33,094 bases of DNA from a virus (taxonomy: Duplodnaviria; Caudoviricetes). Below the pieces are notes generated by a model, which made no database searches, had not been told where the DNA came from, and saw nothing but the letters and a program-made list of their open reading frames with translations. Location: the IMG/VR virus record IMGVR_UViG_3300044252_000049, positions 1-33,094 of that record; one strand, written 5' to 3'. This document shows, in pieces, positions 23,342 to 30,956 of the stretch. A program made the position numbers and the translations under genes. Positions within the stretch are counted from its first letter, which is position 1. Each line of letters opens with the position of its first letter.

Positions 23342-25065
23342 GCGGGCACCTTGAGGAAGCGGCACATCGCCTCGTAGGAGTGCTCGCTCTGGGACATGAT
23401 CAGCGAGCGGGTGTAGGAGTCCAGGGCTCCCTTGATCCGGGTCTGGTCACAGGTGAACCGCTGCATCGTCTGCGGCAGACAGGACCAGGCGTCCTCCATG
23501 AAGCGGTCCAGGTCGCCGTTGCGGACCGGCACGTACCGGTACATGTCGGCGGCGTTCACCCCCGGTGGGCGGACCCCATAGACGGAGCGCATCTTGTTGC
23601 CGGCCCGTTCCAACGCCCGGAAGACGAGGACCTCAGCGGCGGCATACAGTGTTTCCGGAATGTCGTTGGAAGGGTGATCTTCCAGCGAGGGTACGGGGCG
23701 GGCTTCCTGGGTGTCGCCTGCGCCAACGGGCAGGGCAACGCCGAGTTCGTTCAGCGCCGCCGCCACCTGTTCCGGGGTGGTCGAGCCGGATGCCACCTTC
23801 CGCAGCAGCCACAGTTTGTACTCGTCGCTGTTCGGCTTGTCGTCCTCGGTGAAGCCGGTCTCCCGACGCAACGCCTCACCGTCGAGTTCACCACGGTCGT
23901 ACAGTTCGATCGCTTCCTGGCTCCGGTTCGGACGGAGCCGCAGTTGCGAGGTGTCCGAGGCGACGACCCACGAAATGTCGTCGTCCATCTGCGGGCGCAG
24001 GTAGCCGACGGTGATCGCGTTGGTGATCAGCCCGAGCAGCGGCTCGATGTGCGCCTTGACCGCCGACTCCTCGACCAGCCAGCCCGACCAGTGGTTCATG
24101 TCCGACGTGCCGAGCAGAATCTCGGGCGGCATCTCTAGCCCGAGGGCCAACCTGCGGATCGCCTCGGTCCGCAGTTCGACCGCGTGCTGGTCCAGGTCGG
24201 ACCAGAAGGTCAGGTGCTCCATCTTGCCGACGAGTTCGTCGGGCACGGTGATGACGATGGGCACCAGGGCGGCAGGGTTACCGGGGTCCTCGATCGGCTT
24301 GATCATCGCCTGGCCAAGGACGGCCATGAAGGACTCTGCAGAGTTGGCGGTCTCCGGCATACCGGGGACGGGCGGGAAGGTCAGACCTTGGGGGAGTTGC
24401 AGGATGCCCGCGCCGGCAAGGCGGGACTGGACCTGGGCGAAGATGTGCCGGGTCAGGTACTCGATCTCGGTGAGGATCGGCAGCAGGGCACGGACCGGGG
24501 AGTCGGCCTCGATGCGCTTGCGCGGGTGTGGCCGCCAGACCCGTATGACGACGGCGCTGTCTTCGAGGGGCTGTTTGCCCTGGCCGTCGCCGTAGTCGAG
24601 ATACCACTGGTCACCCCGGCGGCTGATCTCTTGGGTGCCGACGACCTCCCAAATGTCCTCGCCACTCTCGGTGCGACCGACCAGGTAACACTCACCGGCG
24701 ATGGTCAGGTGCACCCCGAAGGCGTGCAGCATCTGCTCCTGGCCGTCCTTGCCAGCGAACAGGCTCAGCAGCACCTGGGATGCGTGTGAGGCGGGTTCGG
24801 CGATCAGGCCCTTGGTGGTGACCTGGGCGGCGTGCAGGGTGGCTCGACCGAGGATGTTGCCGACGTACTGCGCGGCGTAGCGCAGTTCTCCGCAGATATC
24901 GAAGTGCCGCCACGCCTCGCCCTGCCAGTTCGCGGGGGCCTGATGGATGCGGGTGATGGAACCGGGGAACCGGGTAGCGCTGGCGACGAGAGCGAGTTGC
25001 CCGTCCAGTGGAGTCGGATTGCGCTGGCCACGCTGTAGGTCGGCCACACCGGTCATGCGAGGCAT
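23338..25065 (-). CDS. portal protein, 575 aa
   Basis: WQ.EAW...GELRYA; R.WRPHP...ADSP; SRLAGAG; R.EAIRRLA.GL..PPE.LLG...NHW; lies between terminase and protease. Confidence 0.9.
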   Translation of the reverse strand: MPRMTGVADLQRGQRNPTPLDGQLALVASATRFPGSITRIHQAPANWQGEAWRHFDICGELRYAAQYVGNILGRATLHAAQVTTKGLIAEPASHASQVLLSLFAGKDGQEQMLHAFGVHLTIAGECYLVGRTESGEDIWEVVGTQEISRRGDQWYLDYGDGQGKQPLEDSAVVIRVWRPHPRKRIEADSPVRALLPILTEIEYLTRHIFAQVQSRLAGAGILQLPQGLTFPPVPGMPETANSAESFMAVLGQAMIKPIEDPGNPAALVPIVITVPDELVGKMEHLTFWSDLDQHAVELRTEAIRRLALGLEMPPEILLGTSDMNHWSGWLVEESAVKAHIEPLLGLITNAITVGYLRPQMDDDISWVVASDTSQLRLRPNRSQEAIELYDRGELDGEALRRETGFTEDDKPNSDEYKLWLLRKVASGSTTPEQVAAALNELGVALPVGAGDTQEARPVPSLEDHPSNDIPETLYAAAEVLVFRALERAGNKMRSVYGVRPPGVNAADMYRYVPVRNGDLDRFMEDAWSCLPQTMQRFTCDQTRIKGALDSYTRSLIMSQSEHSYEAMCRFLKVPA

Positions 25066-25133
25066 GAGTCCCCTATCTCTGGGCGTGTGCCACCGAGTGT
25101 GACATTGGGTTAGGTCTTCCGGATAGGTCCGGC

Positions 25134-25150
25134 GGTTACACGGTGTAATC
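25134..25150. promoter_or_regulatory. palindrome copy 11 (GGTTACAC G GTGTAATC)
   Basis: Perfect core; intergenic, upstream of the portal gene. Confidence 0.9.
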
Positions 25151-25166
25151 AGGTCATGCTGGTGTC

Positions 25167-25340
25167 ATGATCCCGCTTATCGTCATGATTGCTGGTCTTG
25201 TCGTCATCGTCGTAGGTGTACTCGCCCTACTGGCGGTCATCCATATCGGCGTTGCCTGGTGGGTGCTGCTCCTGGTGGGGGCCGCTCTGCTGGTGCTGGG
25301 CTGGTACCTGCGGTCCACCCCGAGAACTCCGACGGTGTAG
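25167..25340 (+). CDS. antisense two-TM membrane microprotein, 57 aa (not in ORF track)
   Basis: MIPLIVMIAGLVVIVVGVLALLAVIHIGVAWWVLLLVGAALLVLGWYLRSTPRTPTV*. Confidence 0.55.
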   Translation: MIPLIVMIAGLVVIVVGVLALLAVIHIGVAWWVLLLVGAALLVLGWYLRSTPRTPTV

Positions 25341-25973
25341 CCGTCCGGTTCGCTTCAGCCGCTCACCGTTGCGAATCCAACCCAGGGTCACGGCCAGATT
25401 CTTGTCCGGGCCGTAGGTCAGCGACGTCCCGTCCACGCTGTCACAGCCCATCTGCAAGGCGTACAGGTAGCGGTTCCAGGTGTTGACCCGGCCCATGTGC
25501 AAGCCCTTGCCCTCGGCCTTGGCTCGCACTGCCAGGGCCAGCGCCCCCGGCCCGAGTTTCCAGTCCGTGGTGCCGCCAATGAACAGCACGTCGAAGTCGT
25601 CCCACGGCAGGTCCAGGCCCTCCATCCCATCCTGTCCCACCAAGGCGACGGGGAAGCCAAGGTCGCGGACGGTGGACAAGTAGCGGCGCGACCGGGCCAG
25701 ACTCGCCACTCCATCCCCAACCACATCCGGCGCAGCGGCAAACAGACACGATGACTGGCACCAGAGTCGCGTACAGAGCCAGCGAAACCAGCGGGAGTCG
25801 CCGGGATAGTCGGCTCCGAAGCAGGAGTTGTCCGCGCACCACGGGCCTCCCACCTCATGCACCTGGTTGACCGCCGTCGGCATGTACTGCAAGGGAGTGT
25901 CGATCAGGCCGATGACTCCGGCCCGCATCTGCTCAATGACGGCGGGTCCGCAGGGGTTGGCTAGGTACAGCAC
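25227..25973 (-). CDS. dpdA: DpdA-like / TGT-fold deazaguanine transglycosylase, 248 aa
   Basis: WCADNSCF, APDVVGD, VGQDG, LFIGG, HMGRVN and DSVDGT correspond to the TGT/DpdA barrel motifs; adjacent to a YhhQ-like gene. Confidence 0.75.
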   Translation of the reverse strand: MLYLANPCGPAVIEQMRAGVIGLIDTPLQYMPTAVNQVHEVGGPWCADNSCFGADYPGDSRWFRWLCTRLWCQSSCLFAAAPDVVGDGVASLARSRRYLSTVRDLGFPVALVGQDGMEGLDLPWDDFDVLFIGGTTDWKLGPGALALAVRAKAEGKGLHMGRVNTWNRYLYALQMGCDSVDGTSLTYGPDKNLAVTLGWIRNGERLKRTGRLHRRSSRGGPQVPAQHQQSGPHQEQHPPGNADMDDRQ

Positions 25974-26457
25974 GACGCCCCTTCACCAGCCAGAGAATGA
26001 GCGCGGCCAGCAGACCCATCCCGATCTTGACCACCAGTTGGCCCGGGGCCGCCGACAGAGGAAACCCCGCGATCCAGAGGAACACGAAGGTGTCCACGAC
26101 CGCCCCCACACCGGAGGCAAGTGCCACGGCCCGGCTTCTCCCTCGGTTTCGGAGTGGGGTGTAGACGGCCATGTCGGCGGCCTCGGAGAGTGCGAACGCC
26201 ACGCCCGAGGCGACGGCGAGGATGGGTGAGGCGAGGACCCAGGTGAGGATCACGCCGATGCCCATGAGGACCAGGACCATCCGCTTGCCGATGACGTCCT
26301 GGGTGAAGTTGCGGGACACGATGACGAACGCGGCGGCATACGTGCCTGCCGTGGTCATCAGGCCGAAGCCCGCTGGGACCAGCCCGAAGTGCTCGGTCAG
26401 GACGTTGGCCAGCACGATCGCCGCCACGTAGGCGACCGGCCACAGGACCTTCCTCAT
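25933..26457 (-). CDS. yhhQ: VUT family (YhhQ-like) queuosine-precursor transporter, 174 aa
   Basis: Start MRKVLW at 26457 (ATGA overlap); multi-TM; LAN...AGTY...R...Q...G...A.ASG.AF..SE.AD..VY..LR...AS..G..VDT.VFL.IA. Confidence 0.85.
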   Translation of the reverse strand: MRKVLWPVAYVAAIVLANVLTEHFGLVPAGFGLMTTAGTYAAAFVIVSRNFTQDVIGKRMVLVLMGIGVILTWVLASPILAVASGVAFALSEAADMAVYTPLRNRGRSRAVALASGVGAVVDTFVFLWIAGFPLSAAPGQLVVKIGMGLLAALILWLVKGRRAVPSQPLRTRRH

Positions 26458-26804
26458 TGCGGTGCCCCGTCCTCGTCGTGGAACACCGTCCAGGAGACGA
26501 CGTAGGACAGGGCTAGCCAGCCGTTGAACGCCCACCACGTCCAGTGCAGGTCGGACAGGTAGCCCCACAGGCCGACGAACAGGGTGGCCCACGGGCCGAA
26601 GCACCAGGGACAGTGCACGAGTTTGGCCCACGGTCCGTCCTTGGTGACCGCGTTCCACCACATCCGCAACTTCACGGTGGGCGGGTACTCGTCGGCCACC
26701 ATCAGGCGGGTGAGCCGGCCAGCGGACAGGACCAGGACGACCAGGGCCAGCCCGAGGTAGACGTAGGTGTTGAGACCAGGTGCGGCGAGAACGGTCACCG
26801 TCAT
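26454..26804 (-). CDS. DUF1360-like membrane protein, 116 aa
   Basis: RLTRL...D.......R...L..CPWC...W with TM helices. Confidence 0.75.
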   Translation of the reverse strand: MTVTVLAAPGLNTYVYLGLALVVLVLSAGRLTRLMVADEYPPTVKLRMWWNAVTKDGPWAKLVHCPWCFGPWATLFVGLWGYLSDLHWTWWAFNGWLALSYVVSWTVFHDEDGAPQ

Positions 26805-28180
26805 CCGGTGCGCCAGTTCAGGTCCATCGGCACGGCGATAGAAGACGGCGAGACAGTCCGGGTCAGCGCGGTGATGCCGTGGACCAGGGCGTCGAGGCGG
26901 TCAGGTGAGGGGTTGCCCGGCACCCATGAGGTCATCTGGTCCTCTAGTTCGTTGAACAGCCCGATGTGATGCACCCGGCCCTGCTCGTACAACGCCTCGA
27001 TCGGTTCCGCTCGGAGGGCCTTCCCGCGTCGGGACGTTACTTCCTCCACGGGAAGGGCGGACGAGACGGCTCGCAGGACCGAGCGCACCATGTCGCCACC
27101 GTAGTTCTTCTCGACCACCACCTTGTCGGCCAGGTAGGTGTCGTACAGGGCGACCACCTTCTGCGCCCAGGTCTCCGGCGAGTACCGCCCGGAGGCGTCG
27201 GCCAGGACGTAGAACTGCTTGTCGCGGGCGGCGACCACGATGATGCCGGTCTCGTCGGAGCGGGCAGCGGCGGTGCCTGCCGGGTCGACCGAGACGACGA
27301 TCCGGTCGAAGTAGTCGGGGCCGGGTTCGTCCACCCGGAACAGTTCGATCAGTTCGGACCGCCACAGCGATCCCTCGACGTCCTCGATCAGTTCGCCGTG
27401 GAGTTCCTGACGGCCCTTGCGGGTGCCCTCGTACCGGTCCATCACGGTCTGGCGGAACACCGGCGACAGGTTGGGCAGGTTCAGGTAGGTGGACGCCTGG
27501 ACGGAGACGGTGGTCGGGTCAGTGATGGTGGCCCGCATCCACGGTGACGGCTTCGGGGTGGTGGTGGCACAGATGCGCGGGTGCGCACCCAACCGCAGGC
27601 CGAGGAGGAGGTTGTCCCAGACCTGCTCGATGAGGTCGATGTGGGCGGGCTCGTCCACCCAGGCGTTGTGATGCTGGGGGCCACGGAGGCGGTCGGGTTC
27701 CTCACCGGAGTAGATGGACCCGAGCGCCCCGTTGGGCCAGGTGAGCCGGCGTTTGGACGGCTCCCACTGAGGCATCTTGCCGGGGCGGGAGGTGGCCAGG
27801 ATGCCGGACTCGCCCTCGACCATAATGTCGCGGGCGTCAGGGCCGGTCGGGGCGACCAGGGCGATGCGTGGGGAGATCGCGGTCATCCGGTGGGTCCACT
27901 CCGCGCCGGTCCGGGTCTTGCCTGCGCCTCGGCCACCACGCAGCAGCCAGGTCAGCCAGTCTCCGGGGGGCGGGACCTGGTCGGCTCGGGCGTGGTTCCA
28001 GGCCCAGTCCTTCTCACCGGGCTCTCCGGGGTGCGGCTGACCATCGCAGCCGGGACGCTTGCAGTAGAAGGGTCGCCACTTGCCGTCCTGGGCCTGACGC
28101 AGCAGTTCGGCGGCGGTCTCCTGACCTGCGGGAGACCACCGCTTCCACGTCTCTAGTGGGTCTTCGTCTTCGTTTCTCAT
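26801..28180 (-). CDS. terL: terminase large subunit, 459 aa
   Basis: Walker A GGRGAGKT, Walker B AWVDE, TTTP coupling motif, nuclease VSVDPA...DETG...DRLDA. Confidence 0.95.
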   Translation of the reverse strand: MRNEDEDPLETWKRWSPAGQETAAELLRQAQDGKWRPFYCKRPGCDGQPHPGEPGEKDWAWNHARADQVPPPGDWLTWLLRGGRGAGKTRTGAEWTHRMTAISPRIALVAPTGPDARDIMVEGESGILATSRPGKMPQWEPSKRRLTWPNGALGSIYSGEEPDRLRGPQHHNAWVDEPAHIDLIEQVWDNLLLGLRLGAHPRICATTTPKPSPWMRATITDPTTVSVQASTYLNLPNLSPVFRQTVMDRYEGTRKGRQELHGELIEDVEGSLWRSELIELFRVDEPGPDYFDRIVVSVDPAGTAAARSDETGIIVVAARDKQFYVLADASGRYSPETWAQKVVALYDTYLADKVVVEKNYGGDMVRSVLRAVSSALPVEEVTSRRGKALRAEPIEALYEQGRVHHIGLFNELEDQMTSWVPGNPSPDRLDALVHGITALTRTVSPSSIAVPMDLNWRTG

Positions 28181-28323
28181 CGGATTACACGGTGTAATCG
28201 GGAGAACTTGTACTCATCGACGCAGCCCAGGTGCCAGAGCCGCCCGTGAAAGCGGATCGCCTGAGAGCCGACGGGCATCGGCTTCTTGCATCGCTCGCAC
28301 ATAGCGGTCCACCGGACCTTCAT
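28177..28323 (-). CDS. small CxxC...HxxC zinc-finger protein, 48 aa
   Basis: MKVRWTAMCERCKKPMPVGSQAIRFHGRLWHLGCVDEYKFSRLHRVIR*; ATGA overlap with terL. Confidence 0.6.
   Translation of the reverse strand: MKVRWTAMCERCKKPMPVGSQAIRFHGRLWHLGCVDEYKFSRLHRVIR
28183..28199. promoter_or_regulatory. palindrome copy 12 (GATTACAC G GTGTAATC)
   Basis: Perfect; 2 nt upstream of the terL ATG. Confidence 0.9.
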
Positions 28324-28375
28324 AACCACAGTGTGCACTGAACCTGCGTTCCAGTAACGCTGCGTTATCCGAGTG

Positions 28376-28588
28376 TCACTCGCCGTGTGAGGACTCGCCT
28401 CGCTGGTCCAGGCCGCGCTCGCGCCGTTCCTCGTCGGTCCAGGCACGTGGCTCGGTGCTCTTGTCGTAGCCGTAGTAGGCGTCGCCCTTGTACTCGTGGA
28501 AACCATCGGGCAGTACCCGGTAGCCGTCCTCCTCACGACGTCTGCGGAACTCGGCGGCGCTGACCTTCTTGCCCTTGAAAATGCCCAT
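28376..28588 (-). CDS. hypothetical protein, 70 aa
   Basis: Starts 1 nt after the endolysin stop; coding-like codon usage. Confidence 0.65.
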   Translation of the reverse strand: MGIFKGKKVSAAEFRRRREEDGYRVLPDGFHEYKGDAYYGYDKSTEPRAWTDEERRERGLDQRGESSHGE

Positions 28589-28589
28589 C

Positions 28590-30101
28590 TCACATCACCG
28601 GCTTCTGGCAGTGGTTGTTGTACCCGTAGGGGGAGGTGCGCTGCTCGACGTGCAGGTGGTTGCCGGTCGAGTTCCCGGTGTTGTCGGCCAGGCCGAGTTG
28701 GAACCCCGGCCAGGTGGCGTCGCCGATGCCGCACTGAATCTCGGCCAGGTGGCAGTACGCGGTGCGCACCGTCTGCCCGCCGACCGAGTGTTCGTAGATG
28801 ACGTGCTGCCCGTAGGACGAGCCCCAGGCGTTGATCGCCACGACCGTGCCCGTCCAGGTGGCCCGGACCGGCTGCTTGTACCCGCAGGCCCAGTCCTCGC
28901 CCGTGTGGAACCCGGCGCTCCACGAGCCGGGAACGCCATACGCCGTGGTGATGACGGCACCATCCCAGGGGGTGCTGACGCTGCCACCGGACGGGGGAGG
29001 CGGGGTGCTCCCACCGCCACCACCGGTCGAGCCGCCGATGATCTCTAGCCCGGAGCCGGCGAACAGGTGGTCCGCCTGCCCCTGGCCGACGTAGGAGGTG
29101 CCTGCCGGGTCGTTGCCGAACCCGTGCTGCTGCTGGCAGAGGATGACCTCGTGGTCGGTCTGGTCGAAGTAGTTACCGGTCGTCGGCAGCGTTGAACCGC
29201 CAGACAGGGAGTGTCGGTTGAGGACGTCCTGCAGGTACCAGACGGAGTCGCTGTCCTCCTGGCCGTAGTGCAGTTTGTCGAGGTAGACCTGGTTGGACGT
29301 GGGCACGGGGTAGTCATCTCCTCCCCCACCCGAGGTGGGCGGTGGCTGGGTCACGGGTGGCGGGTCGACGGGCTGGGTGGGCGGTGGCTCGATGATGACG
29401 CTGTCGGCCACCTCCGCCCACAGGCGACCATCGGTGGTCACGGACAGTTTCTCGACGGCGTGGTAGCCCTCGGGTGCTGGTTCGGTTGAGACGCTGACGT
29501 CGGACACAGGGATTCCTCCTCCTCCGGCCATGATCCGCACCACGTCCAGGCCGCCGGGGTCGGCGTGGTCGTTACCGAGGATGTGGACGTGTCCACAGTG
29601 CCCCGCGTAGGCGGTGAACGCGCTGTTGCTGGCGAACTTCGGGACCTGCGGGCTGGACTTGCTGCTGTCGAACCAGGGCGGCCACTGCAGGCCGGACGAG
29701 GTCATCGGCACGCCCCACTCGTCACGCATGAACTCGCTGAACTCAACGAGGTCGGCGTATGCCTGGTCGTCCATCTCCTCGACGGCATACCCGTACTGGC
29801 GGCTGTACTTCTGGTCGCAGTAGCAGATGATCTCGACCTGGACGATGCCCGCCCGGTTGGTCATGAAGTCGCCGTTGTTCTTGAACGCGGCGGCAGTTCC
29901 GTTGATCGGGAAGTGCTGCCTCCACACGTGGTCCCACGGGTGGTAGGTCAGGTTCGGGGCGGAGCCGCCACCGCCGTAGGAGGGCCAACTGCGGCCTGAC
30001 TCGGTGGTGTGCCAGCCGATCTTGTTCGGGGAGACCGTGGCGTTGCCGTTGCCGAACCATTGGGTGCTCTGGTCGGCCGGCGGATACCGCGTTGCATACA
30101 C
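28590..30101 (-). CDS. endolysin: amidase_2-like, PG-binding and M23 peptidase domains, 503 aa
   Basis: GTG start after GAGGAG; HTTE...GHVH...NDHADPG (Zn amidase); LHYG..DSDSV..LQ..LN...TGNY (PGBD-like); HTGED...STGNHLHVE (M23). Confidence 0.88.
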   Translation of the reverse strand: MYATRYPPADQSTQWFGNGNATVSPNKIGWHTTESGRSWPSYGGGGSAPNLTYHPWDHVWRQHFPINGTAAAFKNNGDFMTNRAGIVQVEIICYCDQKYSRQYGYAVEEMDDQAYADLVEFSEFMRDEWGVPMTSSGLQWPPWFDSSKSSPQVPKFASNSAFTAYAGHCGHVHILGNDHADPGGLDVVRIMAGGGGIPVSDVSVSTEPAPEGYHAVEKLSVTTDGRLWAEVADSVIIEPPPTQPVDPPPVTQPPPTSGGGGDDYPVPTSNQVYLDKLHYGQEDSDSVWYLQDVLNRHSLSGGSTLPTTGNYFDQTDHEVILCQQQHGFGNDPAGTSYVGQGQADHLFAGSGLEIIGGSTGGGGGSTPPPPSGGSVSTPWDGAVITTAYGVPGSWSAGFHTGEDWACGYKQPVRATWTGTVVAINAWGSSYGQHVIYEHSVGGQTVRTAYCHLAEIQCGIGDATWPGFQLGLADNTGNSTGNHLHVEQRTSPYGYNNHCQKPVM

Positions 30102-30112
30102 AAGGTCTCCTC

Positions 30113-30129
30113 GGTTACACGGTGTAATC
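30113..30129. promoter_or_regulatory. palindrome copy 13 (GGTTACAC G GTGTAATC)
   Basis: Perfect core; adjoins the endolysin SD. Confidence 0.9.
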
Positions 30130-30147
30130 GGCTGTTGCGATTTCAGA

Positions 30148-30690
30148 CTACTGCTGTAGGCACACGAACATGGTGACCTGACCGCCCGGAGCATTGAGAG
30201 TCAACGGCTCAGCCAGGAACCCTGGGGGGCAGATCATCGCCGTGGAGGCCGGTCCGGGTGGCCCTGATGGACCAGGGACGCCAGGGACACCAGGAGGGCC
30301 AGCAGGGCCAGTTGACCCCGGTACTCCGGCTGGCCCCGCTGGTCCTGGCACGGTACTCCTCGGACCGGGGGAACCGGATGCGCCCGGAGGACCTTGCGGT
30401 CCGGGGGCTCCGGACGCACCCGGCTGCCCATTCCTACCATTCGTGCCGTTCGTTCCGTCGGCACCCGCCGCACCCTGCAGGCCGTCGGCTCCGTGCTGAC
30501 CGGGTAGCCCCGGAGGCCCCTGCGGTCCTATCGGGCCGGGGGTGGACACCGTGACCGTCACGACCGGGGGTGTGGTCGCAGCCGGCCCCTGCGGGATGCC
30601 AGCGGGCTGGTTGGCATACGCAGCGCCGACCATCAGCGCCGAGGCCGCACCGCAGGCGGTCAGCGCGTAGAGGACGATGCTGGCCTTCAC
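30148..30690 (-). CDS. collagen-like (Gly-X-Y) secreted/membrane protein, 180 aa
   Basis: N-terminal hydrophobic signal-like segment, long GPP/GPA/GxxG run, small Cys-containing C-terminus. Confidence 0.8.
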   Translation of the reverse strand: MKASIVLYALTACGAASALMVGAAYANQPAGIPQGPAATTPPVVTVTVSTPGPIGPQGPPGLPGQHGADGLQGAAGADGTNGTNGRNGQPGASGAPGPQGPPGASGSPGPRSTVPGPAGPAGVPGSTGPAGPPGVPGVPGPSGPPGPASTAMICPPGFLAEPLTLNAPGGQVTMFVCLQQ

Positions 30691-30929
30691 TCATTCTCCG
30701 GGGGCCGGGACAGGGAGGACCTCTCCGCCCGTCCGGCCAGCAGGCCCAAGAGGGCTCCGATGATGCCGGACAGGGTGGAGGCCAGGGCCGACACCGCCGT
30801 CGAGGTGTCAGTAGTCGGATCGCGGATTTCGACTATGGCGATGGTGGCTCCGAGCCCCAGCAGGCTGAACCCAACGACGGCGGTGAAGACCAGGACAATG
30901 ACTTCGATCGCGCTGCGATGTTGGAACAC
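30687..30929 (-). CDS. two-TM membrane protein, putative holin, 80 aa
   Basis: Two hydrophobic helices; near the endolysin; SD GAGGGGAG. Confidence 0.6.
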   Translation of the reverse strand: MFQHRSAIEVIVLVFTAVVGFSLLGLGATIAIVEIRDPTTDTSTAVSALASTLSGIIGALLGLLAGRAERSSLSRPPENE

Positions 30930-30956
30930 CGTGCTCCCCTCGGTGTCGCTCCACGG

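Noticed and set aside
28324-28923. Full 248-aa ORF 28177..28923
   Set aside because: Its upstream part overlaps the endolysin and the 70-aa gene out of frame. Only the last 48 codons look like a real gene.
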